Shown piece after piece: positions 23,012 to 34,811 of a stretch of 46,397 bases of DNA. The stretch is from Malacoraja senta (taxonomy: Eukaryota), in assembly GCA_038087875.1 (NCBI GenBank), contig JAXLNO010000221.1:62001-108397 (forward strand), read 5' to 3'. Under the pieces are notes generated by a model, which searched no databases, had not been told where the DNA came from, and worked only from the letters and a program-made list of their open reading frames with translations. A program made the translations under genes and the position numbers. Each line of letters begins with the position of its first letter. Position 1 is the first letter of the stretch.

Positions 23012-25682
23012 TAATGCAATAGAAAGGAAGGACATTAGCTTGGAGGATGTGGAATCGATATGGGTAGAGCTGCGAAGCACTAAGGGGCAGAAAACGCTAG
23101 TGGGAGTTGTGTACAGGCCACCTAACAGTTGGGGATGGCATCAAACAGGAAATTAAAAATGTGTGCAACAAAGGTAAAACAGTTATAATGGGTGACTTCA
23201 ATCTACATATAGATTGGGTGAATCAAATTGGCAGGGGTGCTGAGGAAGAGGATTTCTTGGAATGTATGCGGGAGAGTTTTCTAAGCCAACATGTAGAGGA
23301 ACCAACGAGAGAGCAGGCTATTCTAGACTGGGTATTGAGTAATGAGGAAGGGTTAGTTAGCAGCCTTGTGGTGCGTGGCCCCTTGGGCAAGAGTGACCAT
23401 AATATGGTTAAGTTCTTCATTGGGATGGAGAGTGACATAATTAATTCAGAAACAAGGGTTCTGAACTTAAAGAAAGGTAACTTTGAGGGTATGAGACGTG
23501 AATTGGCCAAGATAGACTGGCAATTGATTCTTAAAGGGTTGACGGTGTATATGCAATGGAAGGCATTTAAAGTCTGCATGGATGAACTACAACAATTGTT
23601 CATCCCAGTTTGGCAAAAGAATGAATCAGGGAAGGTAGTGCATCCGTGGATAACAAGGGAAATCAGGGATAGTATCAAAACAAAAGATGAAGCATACAAA
23701 TTAGTCTGAAAAAGCAGCCTACCAGAGGACTGGGAGAAATTCAGAGTCCAGCAGAGGAGGACAAAGGGCTTAATTTGGAAAGGGAAAATAGATTATGAAA
23801 GAAAACTGGCAGGGAACATAAAAACTGACTGCAAAAGCTTTTATAGATATGTGAAGAGAAAAAGATTAGTTAAAACAAATGTAGGTCCCTTGCAGTCAGA
23901 AACAGGTGAATTGATCATGGGGAACAAGGACATGGCAGACCAATTGAATAACTACTTTAGTTCGGTCTTCACTAAGGAAGACATAAATAATCTGCCGGAA
24001 ATAGCAGGGGACCGGGGGTCAAATGAGATGGAGGAACTGAGTGAAATCCAGGTTAGCCGGGAAGTGGTGTTAGGTAAAATGAATGGATTAAAGGCCGATA
24101 AATCCCCAGGGCCAGATAGGCTGCATCCCAGAGTACTTAAGGAAGTAGCCCCAGAAATAGTGGATGCATTAGTGATAATTTTTCAAAACTCTTTAGATTC
24201 TGGAGTAGTTCCTGAGGATTGGAGGGTAGCTAATGTAACCCCACATTTTAAAAATGGAGGGTGAGTGAAAATGGGGAACTATCGACCAGTTAGTCTAACA
24301 TCGGTAGTGGGGAAACTGCTGGAGTCAGTTATTAAAGATGGGATAGCAGCACATTTGGAAAGTGGTGAAATCATTGGACAAAGTCAGCATGGATTTATGA
24401 AAGGTAAATCATGTCTGACGAATCTTATAGAATTTTTCGAGGATGTAACTAGTAAAGTGGATAAGGGAGAACCAGTGGATGTGTCTGGACTTTCAGAAGG
24501 CTTTCGACAAGGTCCCACATAAGAGATTAGTATACAAACCTAAAGCACACGGTATTGAGGGTTCAGTATTGATGTGGATAGAAAACTGGCTGTCAGACAG
24601 GAAGCAAAGAGTAGGAGTAAACGGATCCTTTTCAGAATGGCAGGCAGTGACTAGTGGGGTACCGCAAGGCTCAGTGCTGGGACCCCAGCTATTTACAATA
24701 TATATTAATGATTTGGACGAGGGAATTGAATGCAACATCTCCAAGTTTGCGGATGACACGAAGCTGAGGGGCAGTGTTAGCTGTGAGGAGGATGCTAGGA
24801 GGCTGCAAGGTGACTTGGAAAGGCTGGGTGAGTGGGCAAATGCATGGCAGATGCAGTATAATGTGGATAAATGTGAGATTATCCACTTTGGTGGCAAAAC
24901 AGAAAAGTAGACTATTATCTGAATGGTGGCCGATTAGGAAAAGGGGAGATGCAACGTGACCTGGGTGTCATGGTACTCCAGTCATTGAAAGTAGGCATGC
25001 AGGTGCAGCAGGCAGTGAAGAAAGCGAATGGTATGTTAGCATTCATAGCAAAAGGATTTGAGTATATGAGCAGGGAGGTTCTACTGCAATTGTACAGGGT
25101 CTTGGTGAGACCACACCTGGAGTATTGCGTACAGTTTTGGTCTCCTAATCTGAGGAAAGACATTCTTGCCATAGAGGGAGTACAGAGAAGGTTCACCAGA
25201 CTGATTCCTGGGATGTCAGGACTTTCATATGAAGAAAGACTGGATAGACTCGGCTTGTACTCGCTAGAATTTAGAAGATTGAGGGGGGATCTTAAAGAAA
25301 CTCATAAAATTCTTAAGGGGTAGGACAGGCTAGATGCAGGAAGATTGTTCCCGATGTTGTGGAAGTTCAGAACAAGGGGTCACAGTTTAAGGATAAGAGA
25401 GAAATCTTTTAGGACCGAGATGAGAAAAATATTTTTCACACAGAGAGTGGTGAATCTCTGGAATTCTCTGCCACAGATGGTAGTTGAGGCCAGTTCATTG
25501 GCTATATTTAAGAGGGAGTTAGATGTGGCCCTTGTGGCTAAAGGGATCGGGGGTATGGAGAGAAGGCAGGTACAGGATACTGAGATGGATGATCAGCCAT
25601 GATCATATTGCATGGCGGTGCAGGCTCGAAGGGCCGAATGGCCTACTCCTGCGCCTATTTTCTATATTTCTATGTTTCTATG
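23012..25682 (+). mobile_element. Young CR1 LINE, truncated within the APE endonuclease; ORF2 disrupted
   Basis: YRPPNS, MGDFN, SDHN, KSPGPD, NYRPVSLTS, LDFQKAFD, GVPQGSVLGP, FADDTK and TRGH motifs are spread over 7 broken ORFs. It has a (TTTCTATG)n tail and a possible TSD AAATAA (23009-23014, 25683-25688). Confidence 0.96.
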
Positions 25683-25745
25683 AAATAAATTATTCTAATT
25701 CTAACCATCCTTTACCCATGCTCTTTGGCTGTGGTGACGTTTCAA

Positions 25746-26030
25746 AGGACAGTGGCACAGTGGTAGAGTTGTTGCCTTACAACGCTGGAGAACCGGGTTC
25801 AATCCTGACCGAGGATGCTGTCCGTATGGAGTTTGTACCTTCTCCCTTGACCTCGTGGGTTTCTCTGGGTTCCCTCCCACATTCCAAAGACGTGCAGGTT
25901 TGTTGGCAGATTTGCTTGTGTAAATTGTCCCTAGTGCGTAGGATAGAACTAATGTGTGGGTGATCATTGGTCGGCATGGACTCAGTGGGATGAAGGGCAT
26001 GTTTCCATGCTGTATCTCTAATCTAAACAA
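25746..26030 (+). mobile_element. HE1-like V-SINE
   Basis: GTGGCACAGTGGTAGAG A-box, GGTTCAATCC B-box, V-domain and CR1-like tail GAAGGGCATGTTTCCATGCTG...TCTAAAC. Confidence 0.9.
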
Positions 26031-26079
26031 ACAGGCAGATTCCTTCCATGGTTTCATTGCTCAAAGAGGAATAAAATTG

Positions 26080-26760
26080 ATAAACACAAACCAGTCGATA
26101 ATGAGAAATTACTGGTAAAAAACCTTCCGACGGATGGCATTTAGAGGACCATGTGCTAAACAATGATAGTCAGCATGGAGTAATTAGGGGAAGGTCAGGT
26201 CTGATTACTTTGAATTTTTCGAGGATGTAACGAGAAATGCTGAAGACTGTAGAGCATGTAGTGTACAAACATTTTAGCAAAGCATCTGAAGAAAAAGTCT
26301 TACATTGAAGAATAATGAAGAAATTAAAAGGAATAGCTGGATTAGAAATTGGTTCTGTGGCAGAAAGCAAAAGTATAATAATCACTGGAATTGATTTGTA
26401 ATCGGAGGCCAGAATACAGTAGGTCTGCAGGTCATTACTTGGTCTGTTGCTGTTATTGGTCTGTTATAAATGGTTCAGACAAAATAGGCAACAGAATTCA
26501 CAGATTTATTACAATAACATTTTGACTGAATGATTGATAGTGAGGGAAAGAATTCTCAGCTAAAGGGAGATATCAAAGGAGTGATTAGGCTGGCACAGAA
26601 AATGCCAGATGGATTTCAACATAGAGAAATTTGATATAGGTCGAACAAGACAAGGGATTACATGATAAATTGTACAGCACAAAGTTTAGAGGATCAGGGA
26701 AACATGGAATGCATGCCCAGGATGGATGGATAAGATTTTGAAGACAACATTTGCAATATT
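26080..26760 (+). mobile_element. Very old CR1 RT remnant
   Basis: GTCAGCATGGA...GGGGAAGGTCAGGTCTG...GAATTTTTCGAGGATGTAAC...TTTTAGCAAAGCAT matches the QHG / EFFEDVT / FSKA motifs. Confidence 0.65.
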
Positions 26761-26777
26761 TGAAGACAGACACAAAA
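26452..26777 (+). repeat. 326-bp direct repeat, copy 1
   Basis: Matches 27964-28289 with 3 substitutions by eye. Confidence 0.95.
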
Positions 26778-26784
26778 CGCGGAG

Positions 26785-27960
26785 CTCTCGTCTAACTACA
26801 ACCTCCCAAACTCCCACCTTTTTCGGTTTTTCCGGATTTGGGATTTTGTGAAGAAGACATTTCCCTACTTCCCAAATCGCCCTCCTGAAACCCTGACTGA
26901 TATCATCTTAGCTTTAGACCCCAATCGGAAGAAATGCATCTCTATTTTGTATAATTTGCTGGGGTCGGTTTTATTGAAACCTCATACCTCATTAAAGGCT
27001 GCGTGGGAGGGAGAGCGGAATACGCAATTAACAGACCAGCAATGGGACTCTGCCTTGGATTTGATCCATTCTTCTTCCATATGCGCTCATCATGGCCTAA
27101 TCCAATGCAAAGTCCTTTACAAAGTCCACTATACAAATGCAAGATTAGCTAGAATGTACCCAGCTGTCAATGACACCTGTAACAGATGTAGTAAATCTCC
27201 TGCCAACCATAGCCACATGTTTTGGTCTTGCCCTAAGCTAGCAGCCTTTTGGAGGAGTGCTTTTGAATTGATAAGCAGAGCTTACGACCAGACTATTCTT
27301 CCAAATCCAATGTCAGCCATTTTCGGTACCCCTCCCAATACCAACCTCTCTGTTGCGGTGAAACGGGTCCTAGCTTTTACAACCTTGTTAGCCCGGAGAC
27401 TGATCTTGCTTAGTTGGAGGCTCACCTGTCCCCCGACACACGCCCATTGGATTAAGGAAGTGCTTTACAATCTGAAACTTGAAAAACTTAGGTTCTCTCT
27501 CAAAGGCTCTACCAAGACATTCCTAGATACATGGAACCCTTTCTTTGAACTGGTTAACTCTCTTACCTTGTCCCCGGACTCGGAAGAGGACTGAGTGTTC
27601 TCCATCATCGTTTTGTTCTACAGCAGCTGCTTTCCCCTTAATCCCCCCCCCTCCCTACAATTGTTTATTTAGATATATATGTATATATATATATTTTTTT
27701 TAATTTTTAATTTTTTCTATTTTTATTTTTATATAGCACATTTTGTTTCGTCTATTCTACCATTTGTGTGTGGATGTGTACGTATGTGAGTGTTGTTTGT
27801 CCCCTTTTGGCTCCGACCTGAATTGGATGGGTTGAAGGTGGGTAAGGGTAAGGGTTTTAAGGATCGCTTACATACTGTTGTACAATTATGCCTTGATTAT
27901 TACTGTCTGTTATTATTGTATGTATGTAAATTGCCGTGAAATTCAAATAAAAAGATTAAA
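26785..27960 (+). mobile_element. L1-clade LINE 3' fragment
   Basis: ORF 26848-27594 has the ORF2 C-terminal zinc knuckle CNRC...HMFWSC. It is followed by a 3'UTR, AATAAA at ~27946 and a short A-rich end. Confidence 0.9.
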
Positions 27961-27963
27961 TTC

Positions 27964-28289
27964 GTTATTGGTCTGTTATAAATGGTTCAGACAAAATAGG
28001 CAACAGAATTCACAGATTTATTACAATAACATTTTGACTGAATGATTGATAGTGAGGGAAATAATTATCAGCTAAAGGGAGATATCAAAGGAGTGATTAG
28101 GCTGGCACAGAAAATGCCAGATGGATTTCAACATAGAGAAATTTGATATAGGTCGAACAAGACAAGGGATTACATGATAAATTGTGCAGCACAAAGTTTA
28201 GAGGATCAGGGAAACATGGAATGCATGCCCAGGATGGATGGATAAGATTTTGAAGACAACATTTGCAATATTTGAAGACAGACACAAAA
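27964..28289 (+). repeat. 326-bp direct repeat, copy 2
   Basis: Matches 26452-26777 and runs on into the PLE at 28273. Confidence 0.95.
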
Positions 28290-28975
28290 TGCTGGAGTAA
28301 CTCAGCGGGTGAGGCAGCATCTCTGGAGAGAATGAATGGGTGACGCTTTGGGTCGAGACCCTTCTTCAGACTGATATCAGGGGAGGGGGCGTGGCAAAGA
28401 TAGAATATAGTCGGAGACAATAAGACCAGTGGGAGAACTGGGAAGGGGAAGGGGATGGAGAGAGAAAGCAAGGGCTATCTGAAGTTAGAGATGTCAATGT
28501 TCATACTGCTGGGGTGTAAACTACACAAGCAAAATATGAGGTGCTGTTCCTCCAATTTGCGCTGGGCCTCACTCTGACAATGGAGGAGGCCCAGGAAAGA
28601 AAGAAAAGATTGGTAATGGGAGGGGGAGTTGAAGTGCTGAGCCACAGGGATAGGTTAAGACGGACTAAGCGGAGGTGTTCAGTGAAACGATCGCCAAGCC
28701 TGCGCTTAGTCTCACCAATGTAGAGAAGTTGACACCTGGATCAGTGGATACTGTAGATGAGGTTGGAGGAGGTGCAAGTGAACCTCTGCCTCACCTGGAA
28801 AGACTGTTTGGGTCCTTGGATGGAGTCGAGGGGGGAGCTAACGGGATAGGTGTTGCATCTCCTGCGGTTGCATGGGAAAGTATGTGGAGAAGTGGTGGTT
28901 TGGGTGGGAAGGGACAAGTTGACCAGGGAGTTTCGGAGGGAACGGTCTCTGCGGAAAGCAGAAAGGGGTGGAGAC
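28273..28975 (-). mobile_element. Penelope-like element 3' part (GIY-YIG plus pseudo-LTR)
   Basis: ORF 28741-28977 AFRRDRSLRNSLV...FPCNRRRCNT...QSFQVRQRFTCTSSNLIY, then YIGETKRRLGDRFTEHLR. The motif CTGAAGAAGGGTCTCGACCCAAAGCGTC lies at 28342-28369. Confidence 0.92.
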
Positions 28976-31900
28976 AAAAAACAAAATTCATAATATAATG
29001 TTATAATGCATTTTAATACTCTTTAGATTAAACTAGATGTGACTATTACTTAAGTAACAGTGTCAAACATTGATATAGATCGCAGGCTCTTTGGAATATT
29101 TCAATTTTAAAATACTTGTAACTTTAGGCTTTCCAGTTACAAGATAGTTAAACACTTTCCCAAAATAGCACACGTTTCTGAACATTCCTCTGCAAAATCT
29201 CTCAATAATGACACGTCTGAGACTTCAATTGCCTGATACTAAACAAAATTGACTGTTATTTAAAGAAAATTCAGAGGAAGAAATGATTTCAAGAAAATAT
29301 ATGTGAAATGTAATCGAAGAACAATCCCAAAATCTTATAAAGTTGCTCAGGTTCAGGTCAGAAAAAAGAGATTTATTTTCAATATAGTTGAATGAATGAC
29401 AGCAATAAATGGGAAAATTCCTTTGTAAGTGAATGCCTCAATATCTCCATGACATTTGCAACCTGTGCAAATAAAGCTTTCCAATTTAGCTGCCATGCGT
29501 TTATTGCTACTAAATTAGGAATTAATCGAAACAGTACATAATGAATGTGTTATTCTGTATTTTCCTGACTCCACTCTTCTGGGAGCAATCTGTTAGTTTC
29601 ATCCATACTCCACATTCCTGACTAACATGCCAAAACCATATTTGCACGCTTCTAAGAAAGAGAGCATCCATTTGGGAAATATTACCTTTTTATCACTTGC
29701 ATTAAATCCAAACTTAAAAATCGAAATAGTTAGCACTGTAAAGTGATAAAAAATATATTTTTGAGGTACAGTGTGAAGTGTGCAAAATGCACTTTGACTT
29801 GCCCTGAACCTCAGTGCATTCCCCTGATAGTCTGTCATTGTTGACATGTACAGGGTTGAAACAGTGCTTTATCATAGAAATTCAGCTGCAGGGTTGACTT
29901 TCTCGACTTACACGTTTCTGCAATAATGCTCCTGTCTAACCTGAACAATCTGGATAGGTTAGAGCTTTTGAAAGGAATTCATCTTATTCTGCCCAAATGT
30001 ATTTTGGGTAATACATATAAAACATACTGTTTTATGTGGTTATGTAATAAGATATGGTGTACTAAAGAAAATAAATACTTCAGTGAGGTCAAAATGCTTG
30101 AAAGACAAAAGAACCCTAAAACAAAAAGCCTCATAGATTCACCTTTTAGATTCAGGTTCAGATTAGTTTACTGTCATAAATACCACAGCCAATGAAATGT
30201 CTTGCTTGCGTAGAGTTAACAGTATACATGGTAATCATTTATAGAATGATTTCTGTCAGGGATTGATGAGGACATTGGCAGCCATTATATGTGAAACTGG
30301 AGAGGTACAACCAGGTTAGAAAATGGTTGACGTGGTGTCTGCATTCATAAGAAGTATTAGCAGGTATAAAGTGAATCTTTAAACATTTTTAATCATTGTC
30401 AAATATGCATGCAATTATCAGAAGTTAACATGGAATTATCAATACAATATTAACTTAGCAAACCAAAGAACGTTTGGGGGGAGGGACTCAAATAGAGAAA
30501 GCTAGTAGACAGTGTGTGAGGCAGGAGGCAGAGAAGGGAAGCACTCAGACTTAACATGTAGGGGGGGGAGAAGAAAAAGATAATGAACAGAGAATAAGAG
30601 GTGGTGGGTTTCTTAAATGTGTGAGCAGAGAGACAGAGGGTGTAAAATGAGGGTAGAAGCAATAGGTAGCAAGGTAAAAAGTAAAAGTGGTAGGCAGACA
30701 AATCCAGGGCAAAAATCAAAAAGGGCCATTTCTCAACATAATTGTATAAGGGGTAAGAGTGTTGTAAAAACAAGCCTGAAGGCTTTGTGTCTCAATGCAA
30801 GGAGCATTCGTAATAAGGTGGATGAGTTGAATGTGCAGATAGCTATTAATGACTATGATATAGTTGGGATCACGGAGACATGGTTCCAGGGTGACCAAGG
30901 CTGGGAGCTGAACATCCAGGGATATTCAATATTCAGGAGGGATAGACAGAAAGGAAAAGGAGGTGGGGTAGCGTTGCTGGTTAGAGAGGAGATTAACGCA
31001 ATAGAAAGGAAGGACATTAGCTTGGAGGATGTGGAATCGATATGGGTAGAGCTGCGAAACACTAAGGGGCAGAAAACGCTAGTGGGAGTTGTGTACAGGC
31101 CACCTAACAGTAGTAGTGGAGTTGGGGATGGCATCAAACAGGAAATTAGAAATGTGTGCAACAAAGGTAAAACAGTTATAATGGGTGACTTCAATCTACA
31201 TATAGATTGGGTGAATCAAATTGGCAGGGGTGCTCAGGAAGAGGATTTCTTGGAATGTATGCGGGATAGTTTTCTAAATCAACATGTAGAGGAACCAACG
31301 AGACAGCAGGCTATTCTAGACTGGGTATTGAGTAATGAGGAAGGGTTAGTTAGCAGTCTTGTTGTGCATGGCCCCTTGGGCAAGAGTGACCATAATATGG
31401 TTGAGTTCTTCATTAGGATGGAGAGTGACATAATTAATTCAGAAACAAGGGTTCTGAACTTAAGGAAAGGTAACTTTGAGGGTATGAGACGTGAATTGGC
31501 CAAGATAGACTGGCAATTGATTCTTAAAGGGTTGACGGTGGATATGCAATGGAAGGCATTTAAAGACTGCATGGATGAACTACAACAATTGTTCATCCCA
31601 ATTTGGCAAAAGAATAAATCAGGAAAGGTAGTGCATCGGTGGATAACAAGGGAAATCAGGGATAGTATCAAAACAAAAGATGAAGCATACAAATTAGCCA
31701 GAAAAAGCAGCCTACCAGAGGACTGGGAGAAATTCAGAGTCCACCAGAGGAGGACAAAGAGCTTAATTAGGAAAGGGAAAATAGATTATGAAAGAAAACT
31801 GGCAGAGAACATAAAAACTGACTGCAAAAGTTTTTATAGATATGTGAAGAGAACAAATGTAAAACAAATGTAGGTCCCTTGCAGTCAGAAACAGGTGAAT

Positions 31901-32421
31901 TGATCATGGGGAACAAGGACATGGCAGACCAATTGAATAACTACTTTGGTTCTGTCTTCACTAAGGAAGACTTAATTAATCTGCCGGAAATAGCAGGGGA
32001 CCGCGGGTCAAATGAGATGGAGGAACTGAGTGAAATCCAGGTTAGCCGGGAAGTGGTGTTAGGTAAATTGAATGGATTAAAGGCCGATAAATCCCCAGGG
32101 CCAGATAGGCTGCATCCCAGAGTACTTAAGGAAGAAGCCCCAGAAATAGTGGATGCATTAGTGATAATTTTTCAAAACTCTTTAGATTCTGGAGTGGTTC
32201 CTGAGGATTGGAGGGTAGCTAATGTAACCCCACTTTTTAAGAAGGGAGGGAGAGAGAAAACGGGGAATTACAGACCAGTTAGTCTAACATCGGTAGTGGG
32301 GAAACTGCTAGAGTCAGTTATTAAAGATGGGATAGCAGCACATTTGGAAAATGGTGAAATCATTGGACAAAGTCAGCATGGATTTATGAACGGTAAATCA
32401 TGTCTGACGAATCTTATAGAA

Positions 32422-34811
32422 TTTTTTTTTTTTTTTTTTTAATTTATTAGAAGTACATTACATTAATAATAATAATAATAGATTTATTTTATATAGCGCT
32501 TTTCAGGACTCAAAGCGCTAAATAGAGCAGTAAGACAGAGGGGAGGGGAACATGGGACTAAGGGTATGCAGAGGTGAAGAGATGGGTCTTGAGGCGGGAC
32601 TGGAAGATGGTGAGGGACTCAGAATGTGGGAGGGAATTCCAGAGCCTGGGAGCTGCCCTGGAGAAGGCTCTGCCTCCAAAAGTGCAGAGGTTTGAATTCG
32701 GAGTGGAGAGGAGACCAGCTGATGTGGATCTGAGGGACCGTGAGGGTTGGTAGGGGGAGAGGAGGTCAATGAGATAAGGGGGGGCCAGGTTGTTGAGGGC
32801 TTTGTAGGTGAGGACCAGGATTTTGTAGGTGATCCGGTGGGAAATGGGGAGCCAGTGAAGTTCTTTGAGAACTGGGGTGATGTGGTGCCAGGAGTTGGTG
32901 TGGGTAATGAGTCGGGCGGCTGCATTCTGGACCAGTTGGAGTCGTTTGATGCTGCTGGAATTGATTCCGAAAAGAAGAGAGTTACAGTAGTCCAGTCGGG
33001 AGGAGATGAAGGCATGGATGAGTCTTTCAGCAGCGGGGGGTGTGAGAGACGATCTGATTTTTGCAATGTTGCGGAGGTGAAAAAATGATGTTTTGACAAC
33101 ATGGCGGATGTGAGGCTCAAGGGAGAGGGTTGAGTCAAGGATCACGCCAAGGTTGCGTGCCTGAGGAGATGGGGAGACAGTGGCGCTCCAGGGTTTTTGA
33201 AAGAAAGGGGAGGTTTGAGATGGGGCGGTAGTTAATGAGAGAGGAGGGATCAACACCAGGTTTCTTTAAGATTGGTGTGACAGCAGCAGTTTTGAAAGCA
33301 GAGGGGACAATTCCTTGGGACAATGAGGAGTTGAAAAGATTAGTGAGGTAGGGGCAGAGAGCAGGGAGGCAGGACTTCAGCAGGGGAGTGGGGAGAGGGT
33401 CAAGGGAGCAGGTAGTGGGTTTGGAAGAGCTGATGAGTTTGGAGATTTCAGTAGGGGTGACCGGGTCAAACTGGGAGAGGAAGCAGTGAGGGGGAGGGGT
33501 ATGGAGATCAGCGGAGATGTTGAAAAGAGGGGCCTTGGTAGGTGGTGGAGTAGATGCTGGGGAGTCGGGTACAGGGGATAGGGATTGATAGATGGTGCTA
33601 ATTTTATCAGCAAAAAAGTGGAGGAATGAGTTGCAGAGATCCGGAGTGGAGGTAGGGAGAGTGATGGCTCGAGGCCATTACAACCACATACATTAGTACT
33701 CGTCACATGTCTTCTTACAATTAATGTACTCCATTTGTTTTTTACACTAGTAAAAGGAAAGGATAAGATTGAAAGAAAGAAGAAAGTGAAGGAAAAAGTG
33801 AGAGTGTAGAAAATGTGACAACAAAAAAGGACGAAGACCCTATAAGAACAAAATTAAAAACAAAAGAAAAAGAGTTAAGAAATAGACCCTAGAAAAGAAG
33901 GAGAAAGAGAAAGAGGAAAAAGAGAGAAACAAATATTTTTTATGAGCATTACGCAAATGGGACATACCAACTCTTCAACTATCATCCCCCTATATTTGTA
34001 ATAATTCTATAAATGCAGACCACGTCAGGTGGAAGTGATCTGGTTTACCTGCTAGGAAGAGTCTAGGTGTAATGTTTCGAACATATTTGAAATCCACATG
34101 TTTATAGTTGGTATTGGAGCCTTCTTCCAAAATTTTAGGATTAGCTTTTTTCCAGTTATTAACCCATAGTCTATTAGTTTCTTTTGAAACACATTTAGTT
34201 CTGGACCATCTTCCGTTATTCCGAAGATAATCCATTCTGCTTTGGGTATCAGTTTTATTTTAAATAATTTTGTAAAGATTTTGAAAATTTCATTCCAAAA
34301 TTTTTGAATTTTTGTACAGAAAACGAATGAGTGCGCTATAGTAGCTTCTTGGGATTGACATTTATCACAAATAGATGATACATTTGGGAAAATGTTATGA
34401 ATTTTAGTTTTGGAATAATATAATCTATGTAAAATTTTAAATTGTATTAAAGTGTATCTTACATTAATCGAACATTTATGCACGTTTAATAAGTGTTCAT
34501 TCCAACTTTCCTTTGAAATTTTAATAGCTAACTCTTGTTCCCAGTCTCTTCTGATACCCTCCGTAGATGGTATTTGTACATTTAAGATATTATTATACAA
34601 ATATGATATTAAGTTTGCTGATTCAGCTTTTATCTGCATTGCCTCATCCAATACATCTGCTGGGTTATTATAATGATCTTTTGTATATTTTTTCAAATAG
34701 TCGCATATTTGAAAATATTTAAAATATTGATTATTTCCGAGTTTATATTTTATTTGTAATTGTTGAAATGAAAGTAATTTTCCAGTTTCATACAAGTCAC
34801 CGAACGTTTTA
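32422..34811 (-). mobile_element. L1-clade LINE 3' fragment nested in CR1
   Basis: Poly(T) 32422-32440 plus TTTATT (polyA tail and signal on minus). ORF 34052-34825 contains QFKILHRLY and CDKC...HSFVFC. Confidence 0.92.
32463..33675 (-). mobile_element. L2-clade LINE with internal RT deletion, nested in the L1 3'UTR
   Basis: ARNLGVILDSTLSL...HAFISSRLDYCNSL...LQLVQNAAAR...LHWLP...LKTHLF and FKTAAVTPILKK...NYRPISNLPFLSKTLE. It has an (ATT)n tail and a 7-bp TSD CATTACA (32456-32462, 33676-33682). Confidence 0.93.

Noticed and set aside
26452..28289. 326-bp direct repeats read as LTRs of a TRIM or LTR element
   Set aside because: There are no TG...CA ends, PBS, PPT or outer TSD. The repeat is old CR1 plus a PLE end, and the interior is an L1 3' fragment.
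30617..31873. 418-aa ORF as a host or domesticated endonuclease gene
   Set aside because: It is the APE domain of a young CR1 ORF2 ended by a local frameshift, and openness is expected from recent insertion.
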